A stretch of 59,562 bases of DNA, filler included, from Dugesia japonica (GCA_001938525.1; 5 parts of 5 records of this genome joined end to end with filler, not necessarily neighbours in it), one strand, 5' to 3'; shown: positions 14,511 to 29,190, counted from the whole stretch's first letter. Made by a program: numbers and translations. The notes: generated by a model not told the origin, from the sequence alone.

Positions 14511-14778
14511 TCTGTTGTTGTTTCAATTTCTATTCAAGCAAGTTTAAATTTTTTTGTGATTGGTGATCTTTTTTTAAAATCTTATCTTTAAAAGAGAGAT
14601 TTAAATTATTGATGAAAAATTTAAATAAACAAATATTTGGTTTAAGGATAAATTAAAATTATTNAAATAAATTAAATTAATTTTAATAAATAAACTTTTA
14701 AAAGGAGTGAAAATTTTGACGGAAATTTTTAATAAAAATTAAGTAAACAAATAAAATGTTTTTTAAGTGAATTAAATA

Positions 14779-16048
14779 TTAAGTGTGTGCATTAATTTTA
14801 AAGGTATTTTCTACAAAATTTTCAAAAAGAAAAGTCGAGAAAAACAGCTTTATTATGAGAAATGGATACAAATTGTTCATTCAAAATATTGACCATCGCT
14901 CGATGGTCAACTACTTTCTCCCATCTTTCCGATAAAAGGGGGATTCCATGTCGAAAGAAGGAAGCTATCCAGAAATCCACCTCATAAGAATGAAAACACT
15001 GATCAGACAGGGCATGGGTCATCGATCGGAAGAGATGAAAATCCGAAGGAGCCATATCTGGGGAATATGGCGGGTGTGGTAGTATTCCCAGTTCAGGTTT
15101 TCTAAAGTGTCCTTTACAACTTTTCTCGTATGTGGGCGAGCGTTGTCATGCAGTAAAAAGACCTTGCCGTGTCTTCCTTTATAATCTGGTATTTTTAACT
15201 CTTGACTCAGTTGTTCTATTTAGTGTTTGTAGACTTCTGAGGTGATAGTTTTGTTGGATTTTAGCAGTTCGTAATACATGATTCAAGCTGATCCCACCAA
15301 ATACACAACATTAGTTTACACAACATGGAACCATGGATATTTGGTTTGGCAATGGACTTTGATTGTTCTCCTGGTCTGCCTCATGATTTTCAAAGCTTGG
15401 GTTGTCAAATCGTACCCATTTTTTTCGTCACCTGTGAGGATGCGATGTAAAACGTTTTTCCTTTGATGCCTTTGAAGCAGCGATTCACATATGAATTTAC
15501 CCCTTTCTACGTCTCTGGACTTCAATTCATAGGGTAGCCAATTTCCTTGTTTTTGTATAATTCTAATTGACTTCAGGCGTCTGTAAATTGTGGTTCGACT
15601 GACATCTAATGATTTCACAAAGTTCTTCCTGCGTTGCAGTTGGGTCTTGATCGACTAAAGACTCCAATTCCATATAATTTACTTTCGTAGGTTGTTCCAG
15701 ACGTATCTTATCCTCAGTATCAAAATCACCACTTTTAAAGCAGCGATACCAGTATTCGCATGATGAAATCGATTGGCTATATGCGTCATAGGCTTTTGAC
15801 AGCATTTGGTGACATTCCGCAGCACTTTTTTTCAAATGGAAGCCAAAAAGCAAAGCTTCTCGCAAATGGGAAGCTGGCATTTTGTTTGCTAAAAATAAAA
15901 AAATCTTATGAGTATTTTTAAATGAAAATTATTGATTAGTATAATTCAGTAATTGTAGATCACGAGGAACACACAAAAAATTTGTCACATGTCATATACT
16001 GTGTATTACATCAACTGCATGACCTTTAAAATTAATGCACACACCTAA
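14779..16048 (-). mobile_element. Full-length mariner element (1270 bp) with 27-bp TIRs and TA TSD
   Basis: Left TIR TTAAGTGTGTGCATTAATTTTAAAGGT (14779) versus right TIR reverse complement TTAGGTGTGTGCATTAATTTTAAAGGT (ends 16048), one mismatch; TA at 14777-78 and 16049-50. Confidence 0.92.
14870..15880 (-). pseudogene. Mariner (Mos1-like DD34D) transposase, frameshifted
   Basis: HLREALLFGFHLKKSAAECH, WLPYEL (WVPHEL), ILTGDEK, LHDNARPH and PPYSPDMAPSDFHLF, split over several ORFs. Confidence 0.9.
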
Positions 16049-16748
16049 TAAATAAAATTTTAAATGAAAATTAAGTAAATAAATAAAATGGTTTTAAGAG
16101 AATTAAATTACTTTTAATAAATAAAAGGTTTCAATTTTTAATTTTAGAAAAAAGATCACCAATTAAAACACGGGATTTTAATTTGTTTGATTAACAAATA
16201 TTGTTGGTTATAGTNNNNNNTTTTAATAAATCGTTGTAATGAATTTGAATTCTGATGTTAATGATTTAATGAGTTTTCAAAACCCAACTAATAGTATTCA
16301 ATAAAAATTTCAGCACATACGCTCTTAATTTTTGTCAATTGTGAGCAAGAGTGACCCAGTTTTCTCATTCTCAACATTTTATGCAGTAAAATGTTTATTG
16401 AAACAGTCTAGTAAAGCAATTGCTCACCATGATCCAATTTTCTTATATCGGTCTTCCTTATCATGTTTAGGCACCATAAGAGTCGAATAAGATTATAAAT
16501 CAAATTATTATTATTATTATTTATAATTATATAAGATTATAATTCAAATTAGTTAAAATTTTAAAAATAATACATTTTCTGAATTCATTATAAAAGTACT
16601 AAACTCAAATCTTTAAAAATAATTACAATTGTTTCAAAATATTTTTGGAAAAAATATTCAATAATAAATTTATTTAAGAAATATATATATATAGAGTCAA
16701 ATATGTAAAATAAAACAGTAAAAAATTATGTTGATATGTAAAATAATA

Positions 16749-19663
16749 TTAAATTTCAGTTTCCATTATAGATTTATTGGAATTAATAGTTGAATTACTA
16801 GCATTTGTGGAATTTGATTTAGTTGAAAAATTACGAATAATTTTNNNNNNNNNNNNNNNNNNNNNNNNNNNNNNNNNNNNNNNNNNNNNNNNNNNNNNNN
16901 NNNNNNNNNNNNNNNNNNNNNNNNNNNNNNNNNNNNNNNNNNNNTTTGTACCTTCATTTAAATATTTTTCTAGTTTGGTATATAGAACTTGATGACTTAA
17001 TTTCAAATTAACATTTTTAGCTTTAAAAAAATTTAAAATGTAATCAAAAAATTTTTTTCGAACTTCAAATTTTTCGAAATTTTGTTCTTCTGTTTGAATA
17101 CGTTGATTTTGGATATCATTTTCAGAAGTTTTAATATTTTTATATTGTACTTTAAAGGAATACATGAATGTTGGATAGCTAGATTCTATGCTAGCCATGG
17201 GTAATGTTGCACTAATTAACACTATTATTACACATTCGTTTCGAAAATCATATTTCATCATTTTAAACGAAGAAATGTTTTTCATGAAATTTATTTGTGA
17301 AAAATAATGCGGTTGACTTATTAATCTATTTAATTGACCATTCAGGAAATCGTCCGCAGCTCTACATGATTCAAAAGCAATTAAAACAAAACCTTCACCA
17401 TGTTTCATGTAATTATCTAATGCAAATTTAGAAAGTGTACTTAATTGATGTTCAGACAAACCATTTTTTACTTTTATCAACATTTTATTTATTCTATTGA
17501 AAGAACATTTGTCATAATGCGAGGAAAAATCATAATTTCTGCATTTTTTCGAACAATAGTAAGTGAAACAATTATAACATGAACAATTTCCACGATCAAC
17601 TTTATTAATTTGTAAAATCTCTTTAGTGCAGTTTATAAAATTGCAAATTACACAATTATTATTGTTTACATTCTTTTTGACAATATTCTCAACATAAATA
17701 TTTTCATTTTCTTGGCAATTAATTGGGAATTCTCTATTAAGATTTGGAGTTTTCCTTTTGACATTTAACAATAATTTTAAAGTGCAGGGATTTATTCCAA
17801 AGCTTTCGCACAGCATTTCATCAAATGAATTTTGATCTTGAATAACGTTTATCAATGTACTTAAGATAAACTCGCTTTCTTTTTTATTTAGTTTAAAAAT
17901 TTCATCGGTTTCCATTAATTTATTTAAATTGGCATATTTAGGAGACACGGAAATATTATTATTAAAGGTTCTATGTAACTCTTTACTAACTGATTCTAAT
18001 TTCGAATTACTTTCGAGGTTATTCAATTTATAATTTATAGGAAAAACATCTTTTTCTGTCGAAAGTCTGTGATTACTAATAGATGTGTTTAAGTTATCAT
18101 TTTCGGATGGAAAACTCTTAACATTCACATTGTTTGTAGAGTCAATCAATTTCTGATCATTTGCTTTTATACCTTTTAACTTAGAATCTTCTTTTGGATT
18201 AAAAAAAACCAAGTTTTGACTTTTTGACCGGTATAAAGAACTTGGTAAAAGAATTTTATTTACTTGTTTGTCACTTTTCGAAACAATATTTTTAGAATTT
18301 GGCAGACTATTATACTTAAATTTAGATAAAATATTATCGTAGTGTTTTAAATTTTTATAAGATAGAGTGTTATTATTAAATAATGACGACACTGGCTTTA
18401 TTTCATATTTTGGAGTATGTGGTAATTTAAAATCATTCATCCACTGAGGTACATTAAGTTTTGTTAAAGAATCGGCAATTCTAAGTTCCTGTGTAGACTG
18501 AGCTCTAGATTTTAAACGTTTTATTAAATTACATTCTTCTGTTGCTTTAGATTTTTTAAAATCTTCTGTTGAAATTGCTTTGGAAACTTTATTTTGATAA
18601 TCTATATCAGTATCTTTTCTTAGATCCACTAAACTTCGGGTCTTTTGAAAAGAACATATGGACTGATCACCTCCCAAGTCAGTTTGAGGAAATAAGAAAT
18701 TATCGTTAACAGCACCCGAGTCTAAGTCGGTTTCAGGTAATAATGATGAGTTTGACATTAATGTTTCAAGATCACCACTAATAGCCAACGATTTTAAGCA
18801 AGAAATTCCAGGAATTGTTTTTATACAATGATATGAATTAATATCTTTGTTTCCAGAGTAAAATTCTTTATTAGTTTTCAAAGCACTTGAATCAATATTA
18901 TGAGAAAAAGAACTAATTATCTTACTATTGCGTTTTAAATCTGATATTTTATACTTTTTCATTTGTGAATCACTACATTCAGTGTTATTTGAAGTTGCAT
19001 TTTTTGATAAGCAAGATTTACTTGTTTCAATCTCTGTAAAAAGAGCTGTTGAATCATCTGAAGAATAATTTAATGACTCTGATAGTAAATAAGATACTGG
19101 TTGCTCACTTTGACATGATATCATNNNNNNNNNNNNNNNNNNNNNNNNNNNNNNNNNNNNNNNNNNNNNNNNNNNNNNNNNNNNNNNNNNNNNNNNNNNN
19201 NNNNNNNNNNNNNTTCTATCCTTTTCTAGGAATTCTAATTCTCTTCTTAATTTTTCAAATTTAGTTCCCCTATTTGACAGTGGTTTGGTAACCACGTGTA
19301 TATTTTCAATTTCGTCATTAGTGTACATTTTGTGATTCAAAGATTTAACTGTATCAGTTCTAATTCTTGAATTTATAGCTTGAGAATTGCTTATATTGTT
19401 TAAATCATTTGATTTCGTTCTTTGAATTGTGCAAAGCGTTGAAATTTGAAATGTAAGAGATTTATCTAATGGATCAAAGTTAGACATGTAATGATCATTA
19501 TTGGTAATTGTAGATGTTGCCATACTCGCTGCTTTAGCAGTAGCTCGAGCAGCTGCAATTGATGGATTTGATGCTGTGGCTTCAGTCAAAATAAAATTGT
19601 TTTGCAGATTTAAATTACCATCTCTAATATTTATTGTTGAATTAGCAGTGGCACTGATTGGAT
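16749..19663 (-). CDS. AJM1: Apical junction component 1 (AJM1)-like protein, one large exon; 5' start uncertain
   Basis: 946-aa ORF with a MYND-like finger SCYNCFTYYCSKKCR...H..KC followed by LSKFA...GEGFVLIAF...ADDFL...P.Y, the block I recognise in AJM1/C9orf172; also SLTKLNVPQW. Possible acceptor at 19664-65 and donor at 19715-16. Confidence 0.8.
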
Positions 19664-19962
19664 CTAAAAAAATATGTAATTGCTTTTCATAATTTTTGCT
19701 AAATTTTTAACCTTACTTTTTATGATTATTATTTTTTTAAAAACTACTAGTAAAATAATTAAAAAATACAATAAAATTAAATCAACATGTCAACCTTTAA
19801 CCCAAATTTCTAAGAGGTTTTCATATAAATTCAAAATTATAAAAATATAGGAATTTATTTTTATAAATGTATTATGGAAAAATAAATAATAGTAAAATAA
19901 TAACTTTCAGATATTTTAAAAGTTTACTTGTTTTCTATTTTTGGTGACATTTAATAATTTTT

Positions 19963-20062
19963 NNNNNNNNNNNNNNNNNNNNNNNNNNNNNNNNNNNNNN
20001 NNNNNNTTAATTAATTAANNNNNNNNNNNNNNNNNNNNNNNNNNNNNNNNNNNNNNNNNNNN
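19963..20062. other. Artificial contig spacer
   Basis: 44N-TTAATTAATTAA-44N. Confidence 0.95.
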
Positions 20063-23000
20063 AGATTGGGCCAATAAGGTGTTAAGAAAAGAAAATGTAA
20101 CAAAGACACGATCATCACATGCTGATTTAAAAATAGTGGCCAATAGAAGTACCAGAAAGCCATAAAAAATCTGAAAAATTAACACTAGAACCAATGGAGA
20201 GAAAGAAATTTGAATTAAAAATAGCAACCAATGACAATGATGTTGAGTTGCATCAGAAATTTAGCAGAAAAACTCAACAAACAACAAAACGACAAAATTT
20301 TCATTAATTGCTCGATTTGAGAAATTACTACACAAATTCAACTTAACAAAAGAAAACCAATTTCGCATCAGTGGAAAATAAACGGAAAGTCCAAGAGAAA
20401 AAAGAAAAACCGAACTAAAGCTACTTTGATTCAGACCACTAATTGTATCTGATAATTATCCCGTTGCAGCAAATCCTGTGTGTAAACAGTAAGTATGCGT
20501 TATATTTTATATGTTATTAGAGTAATTTAATGAGAATTAATCTTTAATAAATTTTCGTTAACACGTTGTTGGTTTACTTTTTTATCTATTTTAAATAATG
20601 ATGACACAGTTCGCAGTAACAGATAATTTGACTTTACTTTGTTATATAAATTTNGTTTTTTTTGTTGCTTCATTCAAATAATTCAATGATAGCCAAATAG
20701 GAAATAGATCAGATGTGGAAATAACAGACGCGTACCTGCACACTAGCTCGGAAATAATTCTAACTACATAGTATCATCTTCCATTCCACTAGTCATGCAG
20801 CATAGATGAGATGATCTTAATACATTTATGTCTACTCATCAGTTACCCCAACAAGTTGTACAATTACTTTCTAATCGGGTAGTAACGATCGTGATTGAAG
20901 AATATTGGTTTACTACTATGACACGCTACATAGTGACTAAATAATAATCGATTATTGAGCTGTTTATAATTAGAGTATTTCACTCTACCTATTGGAAATG
21001 CGTTCATAACGATAACACGCCTATCCTNNNNNNNNNNNNNNNNNNNNNNNNNNNNNNNNNNNNNNNNNNNNNNNNNNNNNNNNNNNNNNNNNNNNNNNNN
21101 NNNNNNNNNNNNNNNNNNNNNNNNNNNNNNNNNNNNNNNNNNNNNNNNNNNNNNNNNNNNNNNNNNNNNNNNNNNNNNNNNNNNNNNNNNNNNNNNNNNN
21201 NNNNNNNNNNNNNNNNNNNNNNNNNNNNNNNNNNNNNNNNNNNNNNNNNNNNNNNNNNNNNNNNNCTTATAATAAATGATTATAAATAAATACTATTCAT
21301 ATTGATAATTTTATTATTATAATTATTTTTGTCGATTTAATTACCCTTCTATAAACTCAAAAAAACCAAATACATTTCGATTAGTCACGAACATGATCAA
21401 TTCTATAATAAATGATTATGAATCTTATGAATACTATTATGATTATTTTGTGTCAATTAAAATAAGACACCCATAAGATCGGTGAGGTTTTATTATTATC
21501 GTCATTTCAATCCTTGGTTTGAAAATATGTTTTTCTTTTAATTGTTTAAACCAATTAACCCCATACAATTCGGGTTCATAGTCAGATAATTCAACTAACA
21601 AAATAATACCATATTGCACNNNNNNNNNNNNNNNNNNNNNNNNNNNNNNNNNNNNNNNNNNNNNNNNNNNNNNNNNNNNNNNNNNNNNNNNNNNNNNNGT
21701 TATTTAAATTTGATAAGAAAGAAACTGAAGGGATTATTACATTTTTCTATAGCTTTAGATGGTTAAATAATTTTTTTGGTTAGATAATCAAGCGGTATGG
21801 CCAACCCCTTATCGAAAATGTTAAAACTAATTCGAGTGGAAAGGCGCAAGTCTCGGAGGAGGCAGCTGTTATCACACATCCTCTCAAATGGCGTAATCGA
21901 ACATCCCGACGAGACAGACCTCCAGTGTTTGCCGAGATGTTCCCGCTCCAAAGTAAAATAGATTTGGATGAGGAGTGATAACGAGGATTAGGGATTAAAT
22001 CGTGTGAAATAATTTGCAGGCGTTATATATTTATGATTCAACCAATTCATAGTTAAATAGTTAAATGTTGTTTTAATTCGGTAAGATTCTCATGAAATAA
22101 AATCTAAATATTGTTCTTACTTGTGAATAGTTCCTATCAAATAAACACTGAATGTTATTATTTTATGCATTTTGATCTTTAAAACCTTATTGTAGTGTAA
22201 TTTCCAAATCTTATTGATTGAAGTAAATCAATAAGTAAATCGGGATAAGAAATTTAATGAACATATAATTTTGAACAAAATGAACAATAGAATTTTGTTA
22301 TTGAAATTCATAAACAAATATATTAACAAACTAAGGATATTTACATATGACCTCCAAAAACAGGCCCTTGAACGAAAATAGTTGCTCGTGCCTACCATGA
22401 ATAAGAAATTTAACGTAGTCTAGTAAAAGTTAAAGTGATAATTGCAGGTCTGATATTTCACACTTCACATTATTTGACAGTCAAACACTAGCGAGTATCT
22501 AAGGATTAGTTGGTATTATATAAAGTACATATAATAAAGCATCATGAATACAGCTAATCACTACGAATACCAGTAGCAAGAATCGTGGATCTCAAACCAA
22601 AGAGAAAATTAGGACAGTCGATCAAATTTATGCGGTTATTATGGACCTATAAACAACCGCACAAAGATACGGGGGGAATTAGTGACCGAGAATACCAACA
22701 ATACAAAACGAATAAAAATTATATAAGCAATAAGAATATTTATTAATAACAGAATAAGAAACAATTTTAAAAAATGAAATTATGATGATTCTAAAAGGTA
22801 AAATATCCATTCAATATACCCATAAAATAAAAATTAACAGAATAGAAACGAGAAAAACATTCGATACAATTAGTTTGTATCAGAAATAGAGGTGCTTGAA
22901 TTGAATCGGCACGTACTTTAAATTGTGTTGTTTTTAAATGATTGCATATTCAATTTGTTTAATTCCATAAACTAAAATAACGATTTGAAGCATCTTCCTT

Positions 23001-23200
23001 ATCTACATAGAATTTACTTTAATTTGGCCAAATCATAAATGAGAATGTATTAATAACGAATAACAGATATTTTTTTTTGGATAAACTTAATAATAAACAC
23101 TTAAAATAATTAAAAAATAGCAACTTTAAAAAATGTATTTAATCTGAAAACTAAATAAACATTCTAAAATAAGATAAAAAATATTAACAAAGATCATGCT

Positions 23201-24687
23201 TTAATTATTTAAATTTTTATGATAAACCAGTCCTAAAAAACTAGTTAGTTGGATGGCCGCGACTGTAAACCACAATAAGTAACCGATTAATCCTTGGTAG
23301 AACATAGGAGTAAACACTGCTCTGAGACTGGATAATGATATGGACCATACTTCAACAGAATGATTAATTTCATCGCCAAAAATAGACGGTAAGAAAGTAT
23401 CACTAAAATTTGTAGATAAGTTGCTTGAGTTAACTTCAGAATTGTGAAATAATACACGGTTAGATCCTAACCAGCTTAAACCACTGAGAGATTTGTAGAG
23501 TAGTGTGACATTGAAACATAAAATAATGGGTGCAAAATACTGTAAGGCAACAAGACACAGGCAGTGAAAAATTCGAGCAACAATTTTTTGAAATTCAACA
23601 ATAGAAATTTTACCAGCTTCTTTTCTTAAAGCTTTAATTCGATTATCAGCTAGGTTTAAATAAGACTGTAAATGCATAGTGGACAGAAAAAATCTCAAAA
23701 TACAAAATGCTAAAGGTAAATAAATCTGCAATGCTAAAACATCATCGTATTTCAAAGTAGCAGTACCGAATTTAAGTGTAATTAAAAACTTTTGAACAGG
23801 GACTAACCAAAGACTTAAAATTGCTAAAGGAAATAGAAAAGAAAAATGTAGAACAAATAATTGGGCATTTGATTTAGAATCGTTAATTGCATCAATATAC
23901 ATTTTACCATATCGTAACCCAGAATGAGTGAAAATTCCACCAATAAATGCACTAAGCACTGCTAGCACACCTTTTATAGAAATCAAACTAATTGGACCAG
24001 AATTATCTGGGAAATTTTTAGTTATAGAATTTGTGAAATTTCTATAACCTTCTTCAATTTGAAAAGTCAAATGTTTTTCTGGTAAAATCAAAATCATCAT
24101 AGAAAAAACAAGAAATGAAAACGCAGACATTATAACAATCATTAAATCAGCAGTATCAGTCATAGTAAAATAAATCTTTGTTATATTAATCAAAGATTTT
24201 ATTGTGAAAGCGATTCCCAATATGCACCATAGAATACTTAAATTAACTTTAGCATTTGTACCTAATAAACACCCATAAACAAATTCATTTGAAAAAAAGA
24301 CTAAGGTAGAACAAAGCGAAAAGTCGATCAGCCATTGATAATCAGAGTAATAATGCAATTGAACTAAATCCTTAAATAGGACAGGAACTCGTCTCAAATC
24401 AATGGAAATTGATTTAGATATATTAACTGGAGCATTTTGATCTGAATAGTTTCGTTTATTTTTTCGATCTGAATATTTTAATTAATTTAACTAATTTAAG
24501 AATAAAATTTACTTTTATCTATCCTATTAATATTTGCAGCTTTCAGTATTTCATCTGCAGAAGGATAAACGTATCTAAATAAATTAAAGCAAAGAAGAAA
24601 TCTGGCAAATGACGTATAATTAATGACTTTAGACAAAATACTAGCACCCATTAGGGTAGAAACTAATTGAAACCCTAGAATCGCCAT
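23201..24687 (-). CDS. TMEM161: TMEM161 family membrane protein; exons 24513-24687 and 23201-24468 (480 aa)
   Basis: N-terminus MAILGFQLVSTL...SFARFLLC...RYVYPS, plus YQWLIDF, HLQSYLNLA...KEAGKI and ALQYFAP. Removing the GT..AG intron 24469-24512 (44 bp) joins the two ORFs in frame. Confidence 0.93.
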
Positions 24688-27559
24688 TAATTTTGAATAA
24701 ATAAATTCATTATAATTATTTAAACAAGAAATCTTTTTTAAGATTAATTTTTTACAAAAAACTAATTTCTTTAATTTCGATTGAAAGTTTTTATTATTTA
24801 ATCATAATCGGTTTTATTTATATTTGATAATTGATGAGTTGTCAAAAATAATTAGTTACTATTTGGAAAAATGATTGATTAAATTTTAATTATTAATTGA
24901 AAATGTATAAGGATTTGTCTTATTTTCTGAACATCAATCAAAAGCTNNNNNNNNNNNNNNNNNNNNNNNNNNNNNNNNNNNATACGGTTTAAACTTCAAA
25001 ACTTCACAACAATGAATTAGAGTTCAATCAAAATATATTTAATGCATAAAATTAGAATCCAGTGTGAAAATTTGCTCAATGAAACTTACTATAAATGCAA
25101 CCGATCTCAATCTGAAAATTGGTAAATACAAAATCAAATAGGGCATAAATATTAGAATATTATTAACCCATCAGTAACCGATCATATAATCAAAAGNNNN
25201 NNNNNNNNNNNNNNGTGCTAGCTTCTCTCAAAGCTTTTGTACTCGCCTTACTGTTTCTCAGAAAAAAATTGTTCTTGACACTTACATATAATTTCATAAA
25301 TACAAGTTTCTATAAATAAATGTTAATTAAAAATAAATTTACAATTTTAAATAATTCTTTTATAACCCCAATACAAGTGAGCCAGGAAAATGATTTTTAA
25401 AATAATTGGGAGATTAATACTAGAAAAAACCACTATATTATTAAAATATTTACGATTCAAAAATGTGTCATGGTACTACTTTAAAAAGTACTGTTTTATG
25501 CAATATGTTTTCACTGTCAGAACTAGAAAAATTTTTTTTCGATGTAATAACAAACCCCGACAGTTTAAAGACACTATGGTCTCAAAATTTAGGCTTTTTA
25601 AATTAATCAAATGATTATTTCAAATATAATACAAATGCAACACAGTTGTAAAGATTATGATACGACTGTTGAATATCTATGATGGAGCTTTCCTATTTCT
25701 TTTTATAAATCTTTTTCAATTTAGTATGGGATACGCATGGAACAACATGTAATAATCAAGTTTTCATAATCCTCCGCAAGAAAAATGGCAGTCATTTTGT
25801 ATATTGATTATTTTAGCTCATCGATTACTCAGTTTTAATTTTACCTTCTATAATTCAGTACTTTTTGGAGATACATTATCAATATTTAAATTTTTTAGAT
25901 GTATGCAAATTTAAAAGTAGCATTAGAATGAGAACAGTGTGTGAATACATGAATATGTAAATATAAAATAATGACGATAACCTTCAATAAAAACAATAAT
26001 AATTACTTTTAAAAATGTATAATAAGTAACAATAATACAGTCATATGACTTAACAATTATTAGTATAAACTTTGTTTAATTTTATTACCCTAGAGCGCCT
26101 AAGAATTTTGTATTTCAATAAAATTTTAAGGATAAGAAGCTACTTAATTACGCTCGTTTATATATTATTTTTGAGCTGGTAAATAGGNNNNNNNNNNNNN
26201 NNNNNNNNNNNNNNNNNNNNNNNNNNNNNNNNNNNNNNNCAAGTAAGATAAAAATTGTTGTTCTTCTATTTTATAAATTGTCCCATATTGCAGCTATCCC
26301 TTCTTATGGTATGAGACTCTATTGGTTTCTTATATCAAACTATATCAACATTTTATTGAAATTATATGAAAATAAATAATTTTGAAAAATTTCGACCAAT
26401 AAAATGAATAAAAATAATTATAAATATGCATTTAGTTATATTACCACAATATTTATTTAATTAGTTATTTTTGTTAATAGTGAATAAAATATGCTTCAAG
26501 TTAAAAGTTCTGATGTCAAAAATAAATTATCTCTGGAAGATTTACTAAACATGGCAACAGCGGTATATACCGATGCGATTACAGATAGATTATTTCCAAA
26601 TGTGTTCTATAGCGGAGATGGTATTGTAAAATTTATAAAGTTTTCTGAATTGTATTTGGATGCTTAAGGCATTGCACAGAAGAAATAACCTAAAAGATTA
26701 GTTTTTTGTTTGATAGTTGTCAATTTACTGGGAGAATATGTATAGACTTTGAAAAAGGTTAAAGGGTTTCTGGCTTGTTTATGTTTNGCAATTGAGAAAG
26801 ATAAAGATGTTGAAGATTTTTAAAATTTGATTAACCACAGGTATGAAAATAAAAAGATTGGAGTTAATTTTAAAAATATTAGAGATTTAGGAGAAACGTT
26901 ATTTTCAAATAAAAATTTTCAGAAGCATAAATGGATTAAAAATGAGGTGTCTAGCAGAAACGACAGAATATAGAAAAAATTCAAGAAACAATAATATTAG
27001 TTAATCAAATACAAAAAGAGATCAATTTGATACAGTTAGAAGTTACGCCAGAGTTACAAGTTGAAATAATTAGTTTGTCCAGATAAAAAACCAACAAAAC
27101 ATTTTCGTTGGTGAAAGGTGAACCATATTAGAAGGTTATGTCAAGAAGTGAGGTGAAAACGATATGGAAATGGGCCGACAAGTGCAACATCAATTTTAGA
27201 AATTTGTGACTGATAGAAGAACAAGAAACCAACCTAATCGAATACACGGGATTGCATATAAAGAAGTGAATACAAACAAATGATATTAGGAAGTATATGA
27301 AAGTAATTTCAAAACAAACTTGAAATTATTTACATTTAGTAAATGATGAATGACAATCGATAAAATTGTCAATTTGGTTGAGAAAAATTTTCTATTCACT
27401 TTCAATCCTTTAAAAACCATGATTCATTTGAAAAAATAAAAACTAAATATTATTAAGCCATTGTAACTAAACATTATTTTTAATTTGAATTCGAATTGTA
27501 AATAAAGGTTTTAAATCAACTAAATGAATATTTTACAAAAACCTTTCAAAGTAGTTTAA

Positions 27560-27988
27560 AACTTTTATATTAAAGCAGCATCAACTATTTGAATTTTCAT
27601 TGTCATATTGACAAAACAATTAGGATTAGAAAAATCACACTGTAATCAAATACGCCTTGATTATGTACAACTGCAATATTAAAGTATTAAGAAACCTAAA
27701 ATATTAAAGTGTTATTATCAAATGTTCATATATTGTAGTATTGTTGAATTTATCGTTGCATTGGATGTTAATATTCCTTTTTTGAAATCAGTATGGGTAG
27801 AATAATATGAGAATGATGAGGTACTTCAAATAATTGTTGAGCATTACATGTATTTACCCATTTCTTCGTCATATAATAAAAATATAGATATTAATATACT
27901 GGATGGTAGTGGAAAACGTATCAACTTTGCTCAAAACTCAAAAACTCATTTAATGTTACATTTTAGAAAATTAATTGATGAATTTTGA
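27560..27988 (+). pseudogene. Polinton minor capsid (penton) C-terminal remnant, family A
   Basis: From 27722: MFIYCSIVEFIVALDVNIPFLKSV...YMYLPISS...IDINILDGSGKRINF...LMLHFRK, a typical penton C-terminus; one internal stop. Confidence 0.7.
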
Positions 27989-28039
27989 TATTGTATATTA
28001 TATTGTATATTATATATTGTATATGTCATTGTATATTAA

Positions 28040-28306
28040 GGAGGTGTAGAATTACTTTGCTTTCTTAGAAAACAGTATGAATCCGGTTAGTTGCGAACAA
28101 TATGTAGATTTTCTTTACCTATTTTTAAACGAATTGTTTTGTTTGGTATGAAAACTGCTCAAAATGTACTAGATAATAATGAAACAATACTACCAGCATT
28201 ACAATCAAATGGATTAGCTTAACTTGAAAATGTTATGTTTTCATTACCTAGTGGCGTAACTAGTATAATCCCAAAAATAGCAAACATATTACCGAAAAGT
28301 AAAAAC
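28040..28306 (+). pseudogene. Polinton PZ-like (core protein) remnant, family A
   Basis: KQYESG*LRTICRFSLPIFKR resembles the QxGxG...RxxxPxxK motif; lies between the penton and MCP remnants. Confidence 0.45.
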
Positions 28307-28507
28307 NNNNNNNNNNNNNNNNNNNNNNNNNNNNNNNNNNNNNNNNNNNNNNNNNNNNNNNNNNNNNNNNNNNNNNNNNNNNNNNNNNNNNNNNNNNNNN
28401 NNNNNNNNNNNNNNNNNNNNNNNNNNNNNNNNNNNNNNNNNNNNNNNNNNNNNNNNNNNNNNNNNNNNNNNNNNNNNNNNNNNNNNNNNNNNNNNNNNNN
28501 NNNNNNN

Positions 28508-29190
28508 GTATATTTGAAAATATTTTCCCAATGAATTCAATTTCTGAATCACAAAGCGACGTAGAGTTTTTTTAATGGATCACAAATTATTTGATGTGAA
28601 CGACACTTTATTGTATATTAAAGTAAAGGTATTTGATAAATATGGAAAGGCAATGTCTGACACTCATGATGCGATTCTTAGTAACTATATGTAGCATACT
28701 TTTTTAGGATGTAATTCTTTTTTTGAAAGTGGAAATAGATTTTATATTCATAAAGCATTGATTAAAACTATAATAAATTATAATAGTGCATTAAACATAT
28801 CTGCCTCACAGCAATGGAATATGGACCAGAAGTAAAAAGAAAAAGATCTATTAAAATACCTGAAACATTGTCTATATGCAGTTCCTTTCGATTCAATTTC
28901 ATGGATCAGCCGAAATATCTTAATCCAGATATTACTTTTATCCAGATATTGCATTTCGAAATGGAGATCAATATAATGATAATTATAAAAGCTCTAGTTC
29001 AACAATTTATTGTAAGTAATATGGAATATTTGGATAAGAATCTAAATTGCGGAATAACACTTAGTGATTTTAAGAACAAATATCACTTCTTTGCATTTGC
29101 TTTAGCTCTAGACTTTGATATAAATCAGAATCAATTGCCTCAACAAAAGGATTTGAGATTGTATATAAAGTTTGCCAAATGTTTGTAAGT
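28508..29190 (+). pseudogene. Polinton major capsid protein remnant, family A, with internal deletions
   Basis: FPMNSISESQSDVEF..DVNDTLLYIKVKV, FMDQPKYL, FFAFALALD..LRLYIKFAK; clear DNA similarity to 30174-30743 and 41750-41933. Confidence 0.8.

Noticed and set aside
16749-24687. Naming the host species
   Set aside because: AT-richness, short introns and divergent AJM1/TMEM161 indicate a compact invertebrate genome but do not identify the taxon without a search.
26491-27300. Possible additional Polinton genes upstream of the family-A penton remnant
   Set aside because: Coding-like composition, but no motif could be assigned with confidence.
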